DNA from: Methanobacteriota archaeon
GTDB taxonomy: Archaea > Methanobacteriota > Methanobacteria > Methanobacteriales > Methanobacteriaceae
Direction: 5' to 3'
DNA length: 64,000 nucleotides
NCBI GenBank assembly: GCA_963787255.1
Contig: CAWBCJ010000029.1
Span: 416,001-480,000, forward strand
In this document: in pieces, positions 1 through 10,954 of the stretch
Numbering within the stretch: the first letter of the stretch is position 1
Layout: every line of letters starts with the position of its first letter
Notes under the pieces: model-generated
Told to the model about the DNA's origin: nothing
What the model saw: the letters and a program-made list of their open reading frames with translations, nothing else
The model's database searches: none
Translations under genes and position numbers: made by a program

Positions 1-125
1 GCTTCTGTTTCTACAATTCTACCTTTAATTGTCCCTTCTGAAGTTATATGGGCCAAAACACATCCTAAGAGTTCTCTGGCCACAGTTAATGTGTCTCTCT
101 CATAAAATGATCTTTCAAGTTTCAT
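1..125 (-). CDS. mpg: DNA-3-methyladenine glycosylase (Mpg/AAG family), N-terminal part, runs off the window edge
   Basis: Manual translation from ATG at 125: [42 protein letters not shown], matching the AAG motifs FY.R....VA..LLG and GRIVETEA. Confidence 0.9.
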   Translation of the reverse strand, partial: MKLERSFYERDTLTVARELLGCVLAHITSEGTIKGRIVETE

Positions 126-303
126 GAAGGTACTATCTCTAGATTATTCATCAAATTAATTATCTCTTGATTTAATTCATCAAATTTGAAATTAGATATA
201 ATATTATTCAGTTTTATTCAATTTAGAATTTTCTAAATAAATTGAAAAGAACTATGAAAAAAAATGATAAATGCAATGTTTTAAATAAATACAAAATGGT
301 TTT

Positions 304-459
304 ATGCAGAATAAATGGAAATTTAGATTTGGAATTATATCAGGTACAATAGGTTTAATTATACTGTTGACCAGCTTATTATTTGGGAGATTCATACCTG
401 GTGGATTTGCTTTATTAGCGATAGGAATTATCTTAATATCAGAATCAAGGAAAAAATAA
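304..459 (+). CDS. Small membrane protein (51 aa, two predicted TM helices)
   Basis: Manual translation MQNKWKFRFGIISGTIGLIILLTSLLFGRFIPGGFALLAIGIILISESRKK; more protein-like than the overlapping minus-strand ORF 252..470. Confidence 0.55.
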   Translation: MQNKWKFRFGIISGTIGLIILLTSLLFGRFIPGGFALLAIGIILISESRKK

Positions 460-520
460 TAATTTTTCATCTTATTAAACTATTCTATCTTATCTAACAT
501 TTGGAGAGTTAATTTCCTAT

Positions 521-1105
521 TCAACTCGTGTTTTTAATCTCATTTTCGATTAAGGAGTGTCTGAAACAATCCACAACATGGTCATTAACCATACCTACAG
601 CCTGCATGAACGCATAACAAATAGTAGGCCCCACAAACTTGAAACCTCTCTTTTTCAAATCCTTGCTCATCATTTCCGATTCTGCTGTAATTGAAGGCAC
701 ATCTTCCATGCTTTTCCATTTATTTTGAACTGGCTTGCTGTCTACAAATTCCCAGATGTAAGAATCAAACGAACTAAACTCCTTTTGAATCTCTAAAACA
801 GCCTGCGCATTAGCTACTGTTGCTAAAATCTTACGGCGGTTCCTAATAATGCCTTCGTTATTAACCAGCTCTTCAATTTTCTTTTGGCCATAATTTGCTA
901 TTTTAACTGGATCGAAATTATCAAAGGCTTCACGATAATTTCCACGTTTTCTAAGCACTGTAATCCAGCTTAAACCTGCCTGAGCGCTTTCCAATATCAA
1001 AAACTCAAAAAGAAGCCTATCATCGTGAACAGGAACTCCCCATTCCATATCGTGATATTCCATCATCATCGGGTCTTCCATAGCCCATGGGCAGCGTATT
1101 TTCAT
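521..1105 (-). CDS. tag: DNA-3-methyladenine glycosylase I
   Basis: RCPWA, YHDMEWG, LESAQAGLSW, FVGPTICYAFMQAVGMVNDH..DC motifs; ATG at 1105 follows a GGTGG RBS. Confidence 0.95.
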   Translation of the reverse strand: MKIRCPWAMEDPMMMEYHDMEWGVPVHDDRLLFEFLILESAQAGLSWITVLRKRGNYREAFDNFDPVKIANYGQKKIEELVNNEGIIRNRRKILATVANAQAVLEIQKEFSSFDSYIWEFVDSKPVQNKWKSMEDVPSITAESEMMSKDLKKRGFKFVGPTICYAFMQAVGMVNDHVVDCFRHSLIENEIKNTS

Positions 1106-1144
1106 AATATCCACCTAATCATTATTCTCACAGGATTAAACACT

Positions 1145-1831
1145 TTAAACCATTCCCAGCCTACCGATCCCATTATATATTACGTATAAACCTATACCAA
1201 CACAGAAAAGACCAGTTACAATATTACCATGGCTGCTTATCCATTCATTCACAGGTTTAGTAGCTTTTTTAGCCTTTACAGGTAATATAATAAAAAATAA
1301 CAATGGAACTTCAATTAAAAGAAGAGCTATGATTGTTAGAGTTAGAATAGCTCCTGCATCAGGTATTAAACCAGCATTTGTAACTCCTATTGCCCTTCCA
1401 GCAGCTAAAACAAATATAGCTGTACTGAAATTGGTCAAAAATGCAATAAAACCAATACTGAAGAAACGCTTGAAAATTGAAAATGCACTGTCTTTCTTGT
1501 CAATGGTAAGGCTTTTAAAAAGACTGCTCTCTTTTTTGCTTGTGAAGTTGCGGAAGCCTAGTAGAATCAACACAGCACCTAGAAACATGTCAATGGCCAC
1601 TATAGTTGTTGGATGTCCGACTCCTCCTGTAAGCTTGTGGCCGAGGAATATACCTATAAAAACTGTTACCAGAAGAACCACAATGGCTCCCAAATAGAAT
1701 GACAATCCGGATAGCCGAGGATTGTCTGATAAAGACATTATAACCAGAAAAACTGATAAAATTACCGGACTAACTGCTGCAGCCGCTGAAAGCGGTAATA
1801 TTGTTATAATGAGACTTGATACATCTGTCAT
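1145..1831 (-). CDS. GAP/Sap-family membrane protein (LysE-like translocator superfamily)
   Basis: About six hydrophobic segments; AAAVSP near the N-terminus and W...H...V near the C-terminus typical of the GAP family. Confidence 0.7.
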   Translation of the reverse strand: MTDVSSLIITILPLSAAAAVSPVILSVFLVIMSLSDNPRLSGLSFYLGAIVVLLVTVFIGIFLGHKLTGGVGHPTTIVAIDMFLGAVLILLGFRNFTSKKESSLFKSLTIDKKDSAFSIFKRFFSIGFIAFLTNFSTAIFVLAAGRAIGVTNAGLIPDAGAILTLTIIALLLIEVPLLFFIILPVKAKKATKPVNEWISSHGNIVTGLFCVGIGLYVIYNGIGRLGMV

Positions 1832-2228
1832 TATTTAACCCTTAATTTATTATGTATTAAGTTATAATTCTGGGTTTAAAATGGTTTGTTTTCAAAACAA
1901 AAAAAATTAATTTATAAATTATGAATAAAATAACACATTTTTACTAGATTAAAGAATTAGCCCATATTTAATCTTTTTTATTTTCTAAAATATAGATAAT
2001 AAAGATTGGATAGAAATAAGCTAAATACTAATTTAAAGGAGAAACAAATGCGCGTTCCACATAGAAATAAATTTAAAATAGACAATATTAGGCGCGTAAT
2101 TAAAATGTATTAAATCAATCAGACGAAGGCCTAGCCCTATTATTGTAATTGGAGTAAATACAAAAATTAGAGTAAAATAAAATGAGTCGATATTTTTGCT
2201 ATCACTATATAGAGCTACTTATCAGATT

Positions 2229-2741
2229 TCATGATTTCAGGTAAAAATCAAGCTTTTTACTAATATGGCTATAAATTTCCTTTGTTATCCCAACATTCCT
2301 AACAAAATCGTTAGAATATTTTATATCTCCTCTTCGGGGGTTATCTTGCCTCATCACGTACATACAGATGGCTGTTATTATCATCAGGGGCTCGGTTTTT
2401 CTACCTTTTCCTCCACGGTAGAGCTTCCTGAAATCAACTTTGGATATTATTTCTCTAGCCCGGTCTTTTTGGCCCCCACCAACAGGTAAAAGAACTTCAT
2501 CCCCTTCTTCTCGTTTCGTTAAAACCAGTGTGGGGCTGTGGCCCGTCATCATGAAGTTACTTGCCACTATGCTCAGCTGAGCCAGTTTTTCATTTAAACG
2601 AAAGTCTTCTTCGGCAGTTTTTTGATCATAAGGCTTATATTTATCATATTTTTTTATTTTATTCTCCATTCTCTCGATTTTTGCCTTATCATCAAGAAAA
2701 ACATATTTTCGTTTTTTCAATTCTAGCTGCATGATACTCAC
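2229..2741 (-). CDS. Hypothetical protein with a possible single TFIIB/cyclin-like repeat
   Basis: 170-aa ORF starting 4 nt after the hisF stop; segment QKDRAREII...[20 protein letters not shown] resembles a TFB cyclin box. Confidence 0.55.
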   Translation of the reverse strand: MSIMQLELKKRKYVFLDDKAKIERMENKIKKYDKYKPYDQKTAEEDFRLNEKLAQLSIVASNFMMTGHSPTLVLTKREEGDEVLLPVGGGQKDRAREIISKVDFRKLYRGGKGRKTEPLMIITAICMYVMRQDNPRRGDIKYSNDFVRNVGITKEIYSHISKKLDFYLKS

Positions 2742-2745
2742 TTTT

Positions 2746-3570
2746 TCAATATCTTACGGGAATTCCTTTCTCCTTCAAATATTCTTTAACAGTGCCTACA
2801 GGATACTCTTTATAATGGAAAATACTTGCTGCAAGAGCTGCATCAGCTTTCCCAACTACAAATGCATCATATATATGTTCTGGAGTTCCGCACCCGCCTG
2901 ATGCAATTACCGGGATATTCACGGCTTTACTTATAGTTCTGTTAAGATAATTATCATAACCATCTTTGGTTCCGTCGCGGTCCATTGATGTAAGCAAGAT
3001 TTCGCCTGCACCGCGCTCTTCGCATTCTATGGCCCATGAAATGGCATCAATTCCAGTGAATTCACGTCCACCGTAGATGCTGCAGTCAAACCAGCAGTAA
3101 CCTTTATCAGTTTCGATTATAATTTTGTCATCACTTTCTTTGGGGTTTTCAACGTATCTGCGCTTTGCATCAATTCCAATGACGCATGCTTGGGAACCTA
3201 CAACTTTTGAAGCTTCATTTATAAGGTCAGGGTTGTGTATTGCCGCTGTATTTGTGGAACATTTATCAGCACCAGCCTTTAACATGTTTACATAATCTTC
3301 AGGTTTTCTTATTCCACCGCCAACGCAGATGGGGACAAATACATTTTCTGTTGTGGCTTCAATAACGTCTTTCATTGTTTCCCTGCGTTCATGTGAAGCT
3401 GTGATGTCTAAAAATATGATCTCGTCTGCACCTTCTTCATAGTATCGTGTTGCAAGGTCGACAGGCTCTCCAGCGTATCGAATTTGTTTAAACTCGACTC
3501 CTTTAACGACTCGGCCGTGAGGCACGTTTAAATCACAGTCCAGACATGGTATGATTCTCTTTGCAAGCAT
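2746..3570 (-). CDS. hisF: Imidazole glycerol phosphate synthase cyclase subunit
   Basis: [43 protein letters not shown]. Confidence 0.98.
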   Translation of the reverse strand: MLAKRIIPCLDCDLNVPHGRVVKGVEFKQIRYAGEPVDLATRYYEEGADEIIFLDITASHERRETMKDVIEATTENVFVPICVGGGIRKPEDYVNMLKAGADKCSTNTAAIHNPDLINEASKVVGSQACVIGIDAKRRYVENPKESDDKIIIETDKGYCWFDCSIYGGREFTGIDAISWAIECEERGAGEILLTSMDRDGTKDGYDNYLNRTISKAVNIPVIASGGCGTPEHIYDAFVVGKADAALAASIFHYKEYPVGTVKEYLKEKGIPVRY

Positions 3571-3764
3571 TTAAATTCTCCTTACTTTTAATATATATTA
3601 ATATACGTTTAAAACTTTAAAAAAATTATTTGTAAGCATTTGATTCCATTTCGATTTTCTGATTTTAACAGAATATGTTTTTTATAATATCATGTTATCC
3701 AACTATATAATAAATAGTGTTAGCTTAACAAACTGAAAATAAAAAATTATAGGAATTAAAAAAA

Positions 3765-3911
3765 ATGGATGTTAATGATATATTCAAGGATGTTTTTAAA
3801 CTTCCAGTATCTAATTGGAAGTATTTAATTATATTTGGACTAATTACCTTATCTTACGCCCTTTTTTTAGGTTTAATACCTATAATTGGACTTATTATCA
3901 TGGGTTTTTAA
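3765..3911 (+). pseudogene. Truncated DUF4013-like membrane protein fragment
   Basis: MDVNDIFKDVFKLPVSNWKYLIIFGLI... resembles the DUF4013 N-terminus (D...YP..NWK..LI.G) but stops after 48 aa. Confidence 0.45.
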
Positions 3912-4122
3912 TTGAACCATAATTTGCGTTAATTAGGACTATGTATATTGGTTTGATTTACAAAGAAGTGCTTTAATATCTATTTCTTTTTATTTGATTT
4001 TTTTAAAGTTGTCATTAGATTTTTTAATTAATAAAGATATATAAGCTATTAAAAACAAGTTTTTGATCACCTTTAAGAAATGGATTTAATTTTAACTAAA
4101 AGTTTTCTTAAGGTTTCATTTA

Positions 4123-4197
<75 letters not shown>

Positions 4198-4332
4198 CTT
4201 ATCCATCATACTTTTTCTTATTTTATAATATAAATTATATAATATCTTTTAATTGAATTTTTATACTTTATTGAATCCTTAAATGCATAAAATCATTTAA
4301 TTTATTAATATTAATAAACATAGTAATACAAT

Positions 4333-5496
4333 ATGGTGGAAAAAAGCAATAAAGAAAAAACAATTGCTGCAAGCGTAGAACCTTTCCAAATCAAAATCCC
4401 CCAAAAAACTCTAGATGATTTAAAAAACCGCTTAGCAAGAACACGCTGGACCGATGAAGTCGAAGGTGCGGACTGGAATTATGGCACGAATTTAGATTAT
4501 ATGAAAGAGCTAACAGATTACTGGCAGCATCAATATGATTGGCGTAAGCATGAAGCTGAGCTTAATAAATTTAAACAATTTAAGATTGAAATCGACGGTG
4601 TTAACATTCATTTTATTTACGAACGAGGCAAAGGAACTAATCCAACACCAATTATCCTGACCCATGGCTGGCCAGACTCATTTTACCGTTTTCACAAGAT
4701 CATTCCAATGCTTACAGACCCTGAAAATCACGGTGCAAATCCAGATGATTCATTTGATGTTATTATACCTTCTATTCCCGGATTTGGTTTTTCAGACCAC
4801 AAGGCCATGTCAGAAGAGGCCGTTGCAGATCTCTGGATAAAACTCATGAAAGATATACTCGGATACAAGCAGTTTACAGCAGCAGGTGGAGATATTGGAA
4901 GCATTGTCACCAAATATCTGGCCTTTAAGTACCCTGAAGCTGTAACGGCTATTCATCTAACCGATGTCGGCTATCCAACTGGACAGGAAGACTTTTCTAC
5001 GATGTCTAAAGCTGAACAACAATTCGCAGGCTTTATCCAGCAATGGTGGTTCGAAGAAGGTGCCTATAATATGATACAGTCAACCAAGCCGCAATCACTC
5101 GCATATGGATTGAACGACTCACCTGTCGGATGGGCAGCATGGGTTATGAGCTTCATTTGCATCGGAACGACTGGAAAAGAGATAGAGAAGCGCTTTAGCA
5201 GGGATGAGTTACTCACCAATATCATGATTTACTGGGTAACTGAAACAATTGGTTCATCGGTTCGCAGCTACTATGAAAGCACTCATGCAGAACCACCAAT
5301 GAAACCAGATGATCGGGTTGAAGTTCCAACTGCCGTTTTACATCCTGTTTTAGATGCTCCACTACCTCGTGAATGGGCAGAGCGTAATGTGAATCTGAAA
5401 CACTATACAGAATTGCCCGGTGGCCACTTCGCTGCATGGGAAGAGCCTGAAGCATTTGCAAATGACATTCGGATATTTTTCAATTCTTTAAAATAA
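4333..5496 (+). CDS. Epoxide hydrolase (EHN N-terminal domain, alpha/beta hydrolase)
   Basis: W...YDWR..E..LN, HGWP, GGDIG nucleophile, GGHFAAWE. Confidence 0.92.
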   Translation: MVEKSNKEKTIAASVEPFQIKIPQKTLDDLKNRLARTRWTDEVEGADWNYGTNLDYMKELTDYWQHQYDWRKHEAELNKFKQFKIEIDGVNIHFIYERGKGTNPTPIILTHGWPDSFYRFHKIIPMLTDPENHGANPDDSFDVIIPSIPGFGFSDHKAMSEEAVADLWIKLMKDILGYKQFTAAGGDIGSIVTKYLAFKYPEAVTAIHLTDVGYPTGQEDFSTMSKAEQQFAGFIQQWWFEEGAYNMIQSTKPQSLAYGLNDSPVGWAAWVMSFICIGTTGKEIEKRFSRDELLTNIMIYWVTETIGSSVRSYYESTHAEPPMKPDDRVEVPTAVLHPVLDAPLPREWAERNVNLKHYTELPGGHFAAWEEPEAFANDIRIFFNSLK

Positions 5497-5578
5497 TAGT
5501 ACGACATTTAAAGTCATTACAAGTAGGGACATGGCAATTTTTAAAGAATTTTATCTTGTAATTTGGGGAGAGAAAATA

Positions 5579-6346
5579 ATGAAAGAAAGCAATAAAGAAA
5601 AAGCAATCGCTGTTTTAGAAAGCCTTGGGAAAGAGGATAAAAAAGCCATCAAAGAATGGGTTAGCCCTGAAAAATATATTCAGCATAATCTTAATTTTCC
5701 AGATGGTAGAAATGCAACTTTAGATGCTTTAGACCAAATGAAAGAAGCAGAAATAAAGATAAATATTAAAAGAGCAATATCAGACGGTGATTTTGTTGTA
5801 TTACATAGTGATTTAAACTTTTTCGGGCCAAAGGTGGCTTTTGACATTTTCAGGTTTGAAAACGGAAAGATAGTAGAACATTGGGATAACATACAGAAGA
5901 AAGTAGAAAAAACTGCAAGCGGCCATAGCATGACAGATGGACCCACTGAAATAACAGATAGGGACAAAACTGAATTAAACAAGGCACAGCTTAAAGAATT
6001 GGTTGGAGATGTGTTTATAGGCGGCGATAATGATAAAATGTCCAGCTTCTTCGATGATGATAAATACATTCAACATAATCCCCGTTTTGCTGATGGACTT
6101 TCTGGACTGCTTAAGGGGCTGGAAGAACTTGCTAAACAGGGTATTCCAATGGAATTTACTAAAAACCACATGATCCTAGGCGAAGGGAATTTTGTATTGT
6201 CAGTAAGCGAAGGAAAATGGAGCGGTGAATACGTTTCTTTTTACGATCTGTTTAAAGTGGAAAATGGTAAGTTTGTCGAGCACTGGGATGTTATTGAGCC
6301 AATTCCACCTCAAGAAGAATGGAAAAATCAAAATGGTAAATTTTAG
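5579..6346 (+). CDS. Tandem SnoaL/NTF2-like domain protein
   Basis: Two repeats of YIQHN...DG and D.F..ENGK.VEHWD; ATG at 5579 follows a GGGGAG RBS. Confidence 0.88.
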   Translation: MKESNKEKAIAVLESLGKEDKKAIKEWVSPEKYIQHNLNFPDGRNATLDALDQMKEAEIKINIKRAISDGDFVVLHSDLNFFGPKVAFDIFRFENGKIVEHWDNIQKKVEKTASGHSMTDGPTEITDRDKTELNKAQLKELVGDVFIGGDNDKMSSFFDDDKYIQHNPRFADGLSGLLKGLEELAKQGIPMEFTKNHMILGEGNFVLSVSEGKWSGEYVSFYDLFKVENGKFVEHWDVIEPIPPQEEWKNQNGKF

Positions 6347-6442
6347 AATTTCAAGCTTCTAAAGGTTAATCAATGGTAAAGTAATAATTTGGAAACTATA
6401 TTATTATTAAATGCAAGTTTATACAACAATAGGGGGTTTATA

Positions 6443-6796
6443 ATGTCTAAAATGAAAAAAAATCAATCAACAGAAACTATTAGGCCACAAGATGCATTTA
6501 AAATGATTGAAGAACATAAAGATGACTCTAATCTAGTTATCCTTGACGTCAGGCCTCAAAATGAATTTGAATTGGAACACGTTCCCGGTGCCATTAATTT
6601 GGATTATGAGGGACATGAATTCAAAAAGAAGGTTGAAAATATAGATAAAGAAAAGAATTACGTCATATATTGTAGAAGTGGGGTAAGAGGTGAATATTTT
6701 ATGGGCATAATGAAAGAACTAGGTTTCCCTCATGTTTATAACATTTTAGGCGGTTTTACAGGTTGGAAAGTTAGTAAACTACCTCTTACAAAATAA
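6443..6796 (+). CDS. Rhodanese-like domain protein
   Basis: ILDVR, HVPGAIN, active-site loop YCRSGVR, GGFTGW. Confidence 0.9.
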   Translation: MSKMKKNQSTETIRPQDAFKMIEEHKDDSNLVILDVRPQNEFELEHVPGAINLDYEGHEFKKKVENIDKEKNYVIYCRSGVRGEYFMGIMKELGFPHVYNILGGFTGWKVSKLPLTK

Positions 6797-6838
6797 GTTT
6801 TTATTTCAAGAAGCGAAATTTAATTACATGGCAAATAA

Positions 6839-7393
6839 ATGGATCAATTTGAACGTTATCAAGCTAAAGATCGCAAAGAGTGGCGAAAATGGCTTCAAAA
6901 GAACCATTTAACTTCTCCAGGTATCTGGCTCATTTACTATAAAAAAGATAGTGGAAAGTCCACCATTTCATACGAAGAAGCTGTAGAAGAAGCTTTAAGC
7001 TTCGGATGGATTGACAGCAAGGTAAATGCCATTGATAAGGAGCGTTACATGCAGATCTTCACCCCAAGAAAGATGGGGAGCATCTGGTCAAAATCAAACA
7101 AGCAGCGCGCTAAAAAAATTATAGAACAGGGATTAATGACGCCTGCAGGTCTTGAAAAAATTGAAGCAGCTAAAAAGGATGGATCATGGAATTTTCTTGA
7201 TGATATTGAAAATTTAGTCATTCCTCTGGATTTAAAAGAAGCTTTAGCTTCTAATGTGACTGCTGAAAATAATTTTGATGCATTCAGTGATTCAATTAAA
7301 AAACAGATTCTTTACTGGATTAAAAGCGCTAAACTTAAGGTTACAAGAAAAAATAGAATTGAAAAAATAGTAGATGCTTGCTGCAGAAAATAA
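6839..7393 (+). CDS. YdeI/OmpD-associated family protein
   Basis: WRKWL, EALSFGWIDS, FTPRK..S.WS..NK; the true C-terminus (LAAENKKPF, stop at 7406) is probably shifted by a 1-nt insertion near 7372. Confidence 0.88.
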   Translation: MDQFERYQAKDRKEWRKWLQKNHLTSPGIWLIYYKKDSGKSTISYEEAVEEALSFGWIDSKVNAIDKERYMQIFTPRKMGSIWSKSNKQRAKKIIEQGLMTPAGLEKIEAAKKDGSWNFLDDIENLVIPLDLKEALASNVTAENNFDAFSDSIKKQILYWIKSAKLKVTRKNRIEKIVDACCRK

Positions 7394-7417
7394 AAAGCCA
7401 TTTTAATTGGTTAAAGT

Positions 7418-9202
7418 TTAATTTTTAGATTCAATCTTGTCTTCAATTAACCAGTCTTCTTCAATGGCTATGGCTTCTTTAAATCCACGAGGCAAAAGTG
7501 CCTTATAAAGTGGGTTATTAAAGAGCATGTTCACATTCCCATCAAGAATGTAAGTGGCACAGAAATCGTCTTCAGCACGCATTCCACGGCCATAAGCTTG
7601 AATAAGTGTCATGATGGTTTTATAGGCATACCATTTAGGATCAATGTGTTTTCTTTTGTTTATCTGCTTGTCTCCAAGATAAGGGAAGGGTATTTTATAA
7701 ATCACCTGGAATTGACACTTTTCGTAGGGTAAATCTACTCCTTCACTCATTGATGGGCTTACAAGGACCATGGGCTTGTTTGTTTTTTCAAACTGCATTA
7801 GTTTCATTTCCCTGTTTATTGGAGTATGGCCCATGAGGCGTGGATTATTCAAATGATCCATTATGTATTTCTGGCACTTGTAATTGTGGGTGTGAATCAA
7901 TCCTTTTTCTCTTTTGTGATGTTCTATTATTTTTTTAAGGATTGGAATTGTTTTCGGCGCAGTATACTTTATGGAACGTTGGGACATGTTCCCAACAGGC
8001 TTTATATAAACTGGCCTTCTCGATGCTGGAAAGTGGCTTTTTACTTTGATGGAATATGCTTCATTATAATCAATTCCCAGCCATTTACAGAATAAGCGGT
8101 GGTCCAGAATTGTTGCACTCATTAAAAGGCAAGTTTTAGCGTGTTTAAAAAGCATTTCTTTAGCATAGGTATCAATTTTTAATGGTTTAAAAGAAACTCC
8201 GCCGAGGGTTGGATCAACCACCCAGTTCTCTGCATTATCTTCTAAATTAGTTAAAAGCTCACCTAATCTGAAACGAGTGCTTAATATCCTATCTGCCCTG
8301 TTTTTAGGCAGATTTTTGGTGTTTATGTCTTTGTAGGCATTGTAGAGTATTTCAATGAATATTATCCACTCTTCAGGGTCTTCGTAATTTAACATCTGAG
8401 GCGGTATGGTCTTTTTAATGTCGTTTTCCAGCCGTTGGTTAAGCAGATTTACTTCCATCCGGTTCATCAGCTTATTTTCGATGTTATGCGCCTCATCAAG
8501 CACCATGAAGTTCCTTTTTGCAAAATGCCTCACATAGTTAAGCTCTAAAAGTGCGTAGTCGTAATTCATAAGGGTTATATCGCTGTTTACTGCGTCTGAT
8601 TTCTGTTCCCAGTAATTACATTTATCTGGAGATTTGAAAAAGTAGGGTAACCCTCCTCCATCTTCAAAAGCAAAAAAAGTCTGATCTGCCTCTTTTTTGG
8701 TTACTCCAAATTCACAGGAGAATTTCTGGGACTGTGTAGTTGTTTGACAAACTCCAGTATCACAGCTGGCCTCTAAATCTGCAGATTTGCACGAAAAATT
8801 ACCTCTGCCTTTGACCAGGGGATATGAGAATTCATTTGCGTATTGTGACTGCAGCTGTTTGGTCATGGTCAGAATGTAGGCAGGCTCGTAAATTTTGGAG
8901 AGTGTTGTTGCTATTGCTGATTTACCTGTACCTGTACCTGCTTCCAGGACTATGTATTTGAAACCATCGTCTATTGCATCCTTAATTTTTGATATTATTT
9001 CCAGCTGCCCTTCTCGGGGTTTTTCAAAGGGAAAATTTTCAAGTATAGAACCATCAATGCGTGGATTTTCCTTTTTAAGCTTCTGTTTATAATCTGTGGA
9101 AATCCCTGCTGCTTTGTTGTTCTTTGCCTTGTTTGAAGAGCATATGCATCTTTGTTTTATCATGTTACATTCGTTGCAAAAAAAGCCGTTATCCATAATC
9201 AT
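7418..9202 (-). CDS. XPD/Rad3/DinG-family SF2 DNA helicase
   Basis: Q motif PREGQ, Walker [27 protein letters not shown]; Cys cluster after KGRGNF. Confidence 0.92.
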   Translation of the reverse strand: MIMDNGFFCNECNMIKQRCICSSNKAKNNKAAGISTDYKQKLKKENPRIDGSILENFPFEKPREGQLEIISKIKDAIDDGFKYIVLEAGTGTGKSAIATTLSKIYEPAYILTMTKQLQSQYANEFSYPLVKGRGNFSCKSADLEASCDTGVCQTTTQSQKFSCEFGVTKKEADQTFFAFEDGGGLPYFFKSPDKCNYWEQKSDAVNSDITLMNYDYALLELNYVRHFAKRNFMVLDEAHNIENKLMNRMEVNLLNQRLENDIKKTIPPQMLNYEDPEEWIIFIEILYNAYKDINTKNLPKNRADRILSTRFRLGELLTNLEDNAENWVVDPTLGGVSFKPLKIDTYAKEMLFKHAKTCLLMSATILDHRLFCKWLGIDYNEAYSIKVKSHFPASRRPVYIKPVGNMSQRSIKYTAPKTIPILKKIIEHHKREKGLIHTHNYKCQKYIMDHLNNPRLMGHTPINREMKLMQFEKTNKPMVLVSPSMSEGVDLPYEKCQFQVIYKIPFPYLGDKQINKRKHIDPKWYAYKTIMTLIQAYGRGMRAEDDFCATYILDGNVNMLFNNPLYKALLPRGFKEAIAIEEDWLIEDKIESKN

Positions 9203-9327
9203 TTATATTTTGATAATGCTATAAATAGATAAACATTGAAAATAATTTATTTGATTAGGTTGTTATTACTAAATCACTAAGATATAAAAGCTTATAATTC
9301 TAATTTAAGATTATTGAGGTCATATTT

Positions 9328-10035
9328 ATGAAAAAAGGCAAATTTATAGGCATTGGTGTTGGGCCGGGAGAACCCGATCTTTTAACAGTAAAAGCTGTTA
9401 AGGCATTAAATAATGTTGATGTAATATGCGCACCAAAATCAAAGGAATCAAAGCCTAGTTTGGCATTATCAATTGTACAAAGCATACTGGACGATCGAAA
9501 AAGTGATTATGAAATATTAGAACCGCTTTTTCCAATGATAGAGGATAAAATAGCGCTTCAACAATATTGGGATGATGCAGCAAGGCTCATAGCGGAAAAA
9601 TTAGACACTGGAATGGATGTCGCGTTTATAACTTTGGGAGACCCCACAGTTTATAGTACTTTTGCTTATGTTTTCAAGCGGATTAAAGTATTGGATTATG
9701 AAACATTGATAATTCCGGGAATAACGTCTTTTACAGGCTGTGCTGCAAGTGCTAAGATTCCTTTAGCAGAAAAAGACGAAATTATTGTGATTGTTCCAAA
9801 AGTAGATGATAGATTATCCCAGATTTTAGAACATGGAGACACTTTTGTTATAATGAAGACTTCCAGGCATTCTAATTTACTTGAAGAAATTATTAATAAT
9901 GATAAGAGGGATACGGAAGTAATATCAGTACAAAACTGTAGCATGAAGGATGAAAAGGTATTTAACGGATTTTCAAATAATAAAAAGTATCTCTCTACTA
10001 CTATTGTTAAATTCAAAGATAAGAAATCAAAATGA
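9328..10035 (+). CDS. cbiL: Cobalt-precorrin-2/factor II C20-methyltransferase
   Basis: GIGVGPGEPDLLTVKA, FITLGDPTVYSTF, IPGITSF. Confidence 0.92.
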   Translation: MKKGKFIGIGVGPGEPDLLTVKAVKALNNVDVICAPKSKESKPSLALSIVQSILDDRKSDYEILEPLFPMIEDKIALQQYWDDAARLIAEKLDTGMDVAFITLGDPTVYSTFAYVFKRIKVLDYETLIIPGITSFTGCAASAKIPLAEKDEIIVIVPKVDDRLSQILEHGDTFVIMKTSRHSNLLEEIINNDKRDTEVISVQNCSMKDEKVFNGFSNNKKYLSTTIVKFKDKKSK

Positions 10036-10180
10036 CATTTAAATAAGTTATTAAGTTTATCATAACCTTAAAATTATTATTTTTTAGTTTTCTTCCATAT
10101 GATTTGTTTTAAAAATTAATTTTTGATTTTGATGCGTAATTTTATATATTTTATGGATTATGATATATTTAGGGCCTGAT

Positions 10181-10925
10181 ATGAAATATATAAATTCTAA
10201 AAAGAAATTAATCGGAATAATAGTTTTAGCAGTATTGCTAATAGGAATAGCTGGCTTTGTAATTTATGTTTCTGACTATTATCATGCAGATAATACTGCT
10301 TTAGCTGCACTTAATTCAACAAGTTCTTATAATGTAATAAATACTGATGATTATATTACCTTTACTCCCACTGGGAAAAAGAGTACCACAGGAATAATAT
10401 TCTATCCTGGAGGTAAAGTTCAAGCCGAATCTTATTCAGTTATTGCTTCCAAGCTTGCTGCAAATGGTTATACAACAATTATCGTGAAAATGCCATTTAA
10501 TTTAGCGTTTTTCGGCGCTAATAAAGCTGATGACGTAATAGCCAACCATACAGAAATAAATTCATGGGTAATGATGGGCCATTCGCTGGGCGGCGTTTTC
10601 GCATCTGATTATGCTTTAAAACATCAGGATAAAATTGATGGAGTTATATATTTGGCTGCTTATCCTTCAGCAGATGCTTCAAATGCCACATTTAAAGCTT
10701 TGTCCATCAGAGGCTCTCTTGATGCACTTACAACAGCTGAGGATATTGAAGCAAATAAAAACAAATTTCCTAGCTAATACTACTTTTGTTACTATTGAAG
10801 GGGGCAATCATTATAACAATGGTAATTATGGTGTGCAGGCTGGAGATAATAACAGCACAATTACAAGAGAAGAGCAGCAGAACCAAACCATCAACGCTAT
10901 ACTGGAATTTCTTAAAAATATCTAA
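10181..10925 (+). CDS. Membrane-anchored alpha/beta hydrolase, split by a 1-nt insertion near 10771
   Basis: N-terminal TM, FYPGGKV, GHSLGG; the catalytic His region IEGGNH..GNYG.Q.GD continues in the +1 frame (ORF ending 10925). Confidence 0.85.
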
Positions 10926-10954
10926 AATTTATTATTTAATTCAGTAGATATCTT

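Noticed and set aside
252-470. 72-aa minus-strand ORF from the track
   Set aside because: Antisense shadow of the more plausible membrane ORF 304..459
2030-2200. Hydrophobic minus-strand reading frame downstream of the TFB-like ORF
   Set aside because: No start codon/RBS and no recognisable similarity
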